Below, in pieces: positions 61,321 through 64,000 of a stretch of DNA of 64,000 nt. Origin of the DNA: Longimicrobiales bacterium (GTDB lineage Bacteria; Gemmatimonadota; Gemmatimonadetes; Longimicrobiales; Gaopeijiaceae); assembly GCA_965116905.1 (NCBI GenBank), contig OZ220732.1, positions 2,880,001-2,944,000 on the forward strand. Direction: 5' to 3'. The notes under the pieces were generated by a model. That model made no database searches and was not told where the DNA came from. It worked only from the letters and a program-made list of their open reading frames with translations. Position numbers and translations under genes: made by a program. Numbering within the stretch: position 1 is the stretch's first letter; every line of letters starts with the position of its first letter.

Positions 61321-62048
61321 TGGATGGGTCCCTCCTGGAGCAGCTGCCCCTCTTCCTGTCGTATGCCAATGTGTCGTTTCTGGCCCGGGCCTTTGGCACG
61401 ACCGTGGCCCTGTCGATTGTCGGCTCCGTCGTCGGGTACACCGTCGGCGCGCTGCTCGCCTTCATTCGCAACCGCCATGTGGTCGACGTGTTGCCCGCGC
61501 GCTTCCTTTCCGTCGGGTTCAGCGAGACCTTCCGGCGGGTTCCGTTCCTGGTCAAGCTGATGGTGGTCTTTTTCGCTTTCGAGGTCGTCGGGATGAGGGT
61601 CTCGATGTTCACCGTCACTGCGACCACGGTTGCGCTGGCCGCGGCCGCCTTCTCGGCGGAGATCATGCGCGCGGGGCTCGAGGCATTGCCCGAGAGTCAG
61701 TGGGACGCGGCGGAATCCATGAACATGGGGGGCGTCACGAGCCTCAGACTCTGGGCGTTGCCACAGTCGTGGAAGGTCATTCTGCCGCCGTCGCTGAGCT
61801 TTACGGTCGGCCTCATCAAGTCGACGTCGATCGCCTCGCAGATCTCCGTCTTCGAGTTGACCTACGCGGCGAAGGTCCTCAACGAGAGAGGGTTCTCGCC
61901 CGTCCTGAGCTTCGGATCCCTGCTCGTCCTATACTTCATCATCTGCTACCCGCTCAACCTCTACGCACGAAGGCTCGAGAGGCAGCTGGAGCGACCTCGT
62001 GGCTGGAAGCCGGGCGCCCCGCTGCTGGCCGAGTCCGGGGCTGCATGA
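61320..62048 (+). CDS. Amino acid ABC transporter permease
   Basis: FRRVP.LV, AEIMRAG, QWDAAESM, IKSTS. Confidence 0.93.
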   Translation: MDGSLLEQLPLFLSYANVSFLARAFGTTVALSIVGSVVGYTVGALLAFIRNRHVVDVLPARFLSVGFSETFRRVPFLVKLMVVFFAFEVVGMRVSMFTVTATTVALAAAAFSAEIMRAGLEALPESQWDAAESMNMGGVTSLRLWALPQSWKVILPPSLSFTVGLIKSTSIASQISVFELTYAAKVLNERGFSPVLSFGSLLVLYFIICYPLNLYARRLERQLERPRGWKPGAPLLAESGAA

Positions 62049-62079
62049 CCGCGACCGACCACTCCAACCGACCCGAAAG

Positions 62080-63012
62080 ATGACGACATCGACGAGTCCC
62101 GGGATGCATTATCTGCGAGGTGCGATCGACTGCCATACGCATGTCTGCCCGCACATCAACGGCCGGTCGATCAACGTGTTCGAGGCGACACGACAGGCGG
62201 CCGCCGCCGGCATGCGGGCGATCGGCCTGATGGACAACTTCGGCAACAGCTCGGGGTTCGCCGCCCTGGCCATGGCCGAACTCGGGTCGCTGGGCGTCGA
62301 AGTGTTCGGCGGGATCATCATGCAGCCGATCGCCGGTGGCGTCACGGTCGAGGCCGCACGTACGGCGCTGGCCTACGGGTACGGACCGGGGACCGGCGCT
62401 CGGTTCGTCTCGCTGCCCACCCATCACACGCGCAATGTTGCCGAACTTGAGGGCCGAAGTCCTGCCTACATCGAGACGGCCTTCTCGGTGCCCCGGTCGG
62501 GCAAGGTGCCGGACGTGGTGCTCAGGATCATGGATCTGGTCGCCGAGGCCGATGCGGTCTTCGACTGCGGGCATGTGGCCGGGCACGAAGCGGTCGCGCT
62601 GGTCGAGGAAGGCAAGCGACGAGGTCTCGAACGACTGCGCACCCAGGCGGCACGCTATACCGAAGACGAGATCAAGGCCATCGTCGCCGCCGGTGCGTAC
62701 GCCGAGTTCTCGTTTTTCGTCCTGACGCATGCGACGCAGGTGGGGCTGACCCATGTGGACGAGGAGAAACACCGCTCGAGGGGCATGACCATCGACGAGA
62801 TGGCGCCCAGGATCCGGGCCGCGACCCCGCAGCGCGCCATTGTCTCGAGCGATGCGGGCGTCTTCCTGCTGCCGCCGCCGGTCGAGGCCTTTCGGGAGTT
62901 CATGTTGCTCCTGGAGAGCGCCGGTTTCAGCGAAGAGGAGATCCGCACGATGAACTCGACCAATCCTGGAGAGCTGTTCCGGATCCGTGCCGGCCCGGTC
63001 CAGTCGGTCTGA
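62080..63012 (+). CDS. Amidohydrolase-superfamily TIM-barrel protein (DUF6282-like)
   Basis: GAIDCHTH.P, AGMRAI, SLPT, GHV, GAYAEF, SSDAG, NP motifs. Confidence 0.78.
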   Translation: MTTSTSPGMHYLRGAIDCHTHVCPHINGRSINVFEATRQAAAAGMRAIGLMDNFGNSSGFAALAMAELGSLGVEVFGGIIMQPIAGGVTVEAARTALAYGYGPGTGARFVSLPTHHTRNVAELEGRSPAYIETAFSVPRSGKVPDVVLRIMDLVAEADAVFDCGHVAGHEAVALVEEGKRRGLERLRTQAARYTEDEIKAIVAAGAYAEFSFFVLTHATQVGLTHVDEEKHRSRGMTIDEMAPRIRAATPQRAIVSSDAGVFLLPPPVEAFREFMLLLESAGFSEEEIRTMNSTNPGELFRIRAGPVQSV

Positions 63013-63752
63013 TGCATCACCTGGAAATCGATCGCCTCTCGGCGAGCTACGACGGGAAGGAACATGTCCTCGTCGACGTCAGCCTTCAGGTCGCGAAGGG
63101 AGAGATCATCAGCCTGATCGGCCCTTCGGGCTCGGGGAAGAGTTCGTTGTTGAGGAGCCTCATGGGGCTCCTGGTGCCCAAGTCCGGCGAGGTGATGCTG
63201 GACGGGGAGAAGGTCGACTATGCGAGCAGGAAGAGCGTGAAGGCGCTCCGGGAGCGGCTGGCGATCGTGTTTCAGCAGTACAACCTGTTTCAGAACATGG
63301 ATGTGCTGCGCAATGTGACCGTCGCACCGGTCAAGGTCCGCAAGCGCAACGCCCGAGAGGTCGAGGAGGAAGCCACCGCCCTGCTCCGGAAGGTGGGTCT
63401 CGGCGACAAGCTGCACGCGTATCCTGACGAGCTGTCAGGCGGCCAGCAGCAACGGGTGGCGATCGCTCGGGCCCTGGCGCTCAAGCCGGACATCCTGCTG
63501 CTGGACGAGGTGACGTCGGCGCTCGACCCCGAACTGGTCAGTGAGGTGCTCGACGCGATCCGCATCCTGGCCGCCGACGGGATGACCATGCTGATGGTCT
63601 CTCACGAGATGGCGCTGGTCCGCGAGATCTCCACAAGGGTCGTCATGATGGACCGAGGCCGTGTGATCGAGGAAGGCACTGCGGACCGGATCTTCGACAA
63701 CCCTCGGACGCGACGGTGCCAGGCGTTCGTGGGCAAGATTCTCAGCCACTGA
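63012..63752 (+). CDS. Amino acid ABC transporter ATP-binding protein (GlnQ-like)
   Basis: GPSGSGKS, FQQYNLF, LSGGQQQRVAIARAL, LLDEVTSALDPE. Confidence 0.96.
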   Translation: MHHLEIDRLSASYDGKEHVLVDVSLQVAKGEIISLIGPSGSGKSSLLRSLMGLLVPKSGEVMLDGEKVDYASRKSVKALRERLAIVFQQYNLFQNMDVLRNVTVAPVKVRKRNAREVEEEATALLRKVGLGDKLHAYPDELSGGQQQRVAIARALALKPDILLLDEVTSALDPELVSEVLDAIRILAADGMTMLMVSHEMALVREISTRVVMMDRGRVIEEGTADRIFDNPRTRRCQAFVGKILSH

Positions 63753-63805
63753 GGTGCCGTACAGCCAGAACAACATCGAGCGGCGGATTCGTGTAAGTTC
63801 AGGCA

Positions 63806-63879
<74 letters not shown>

Positions 63880-64000
63880 TTTCCGCCGTTACGGCAGGGT
63901 TGCTTCGGCCGGATCCCCCAACCCCCTCCCCTTCCACAGGTAGAACGCCACGGGAAACAACACCAGTACGACCATCCCCGACGTCACTACCCCGCCCATC

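Overview
A high-GC bacterial chromosome segment. Gene order and protein families suggest a Gemmatimonadota (Longimicrobiales-like) organism; this is an inference, not a database result. Bases 1 to ~50 kb are dense core genome, mostly on the + strand: smc 3' end, RNase Z-like MBL hydrolase, aroF, yraN, SRP RNA-dnaX-ybaB-recR, pgsA, pncC/cinA-C, grpE-dnaJ, iscS-mnmA (minus), sucCD-CBS-ndk, yceD-rpmF-plsX-fabHDG-acpP-fabF-ispF-dedA-xerD, an S41 protease and glutamine-dependent nadE. A ~21 kb + strand run follows: trpG-like, kdsB-pyrG-kdsA-kdsC-kdsD-lptC-giant lptA-like-lptB-rpoN, a lipid-carrier glycosylation block (GT2, wecB, GT4, YfhO GT-C, flippase-like, polyprenol-P glycosyltransferase), Zn-ribbon protein, plsC, proline dehydrogenase and a serine hydrolase. 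An AT-rich 28-bp XerCD dif-like site at 49977-50004 probably marks the replication terminus. The last 14 kb is accessory: TPR protein, Ig-domain metallopeptidase, frameshifted CDF transporter, EutB-like dehydratase, LVIVD protein, SnoaL-like lipoprotein, doubly frameshifted DUF885 gene, a polar amino acid ABC operon with an embedded divergent amidohydrolase, and tRNA-Arg(CCT). The best candidate for an undescribed system is a Bacteroidota-style protein O-glycosylation pathway: a GT-C locus next to an LptA-like protein with about 25 D-(S/T)-x sequons. No CRISPR, prophage or intact transposase was seen. All product calls come from motifs read by eye.
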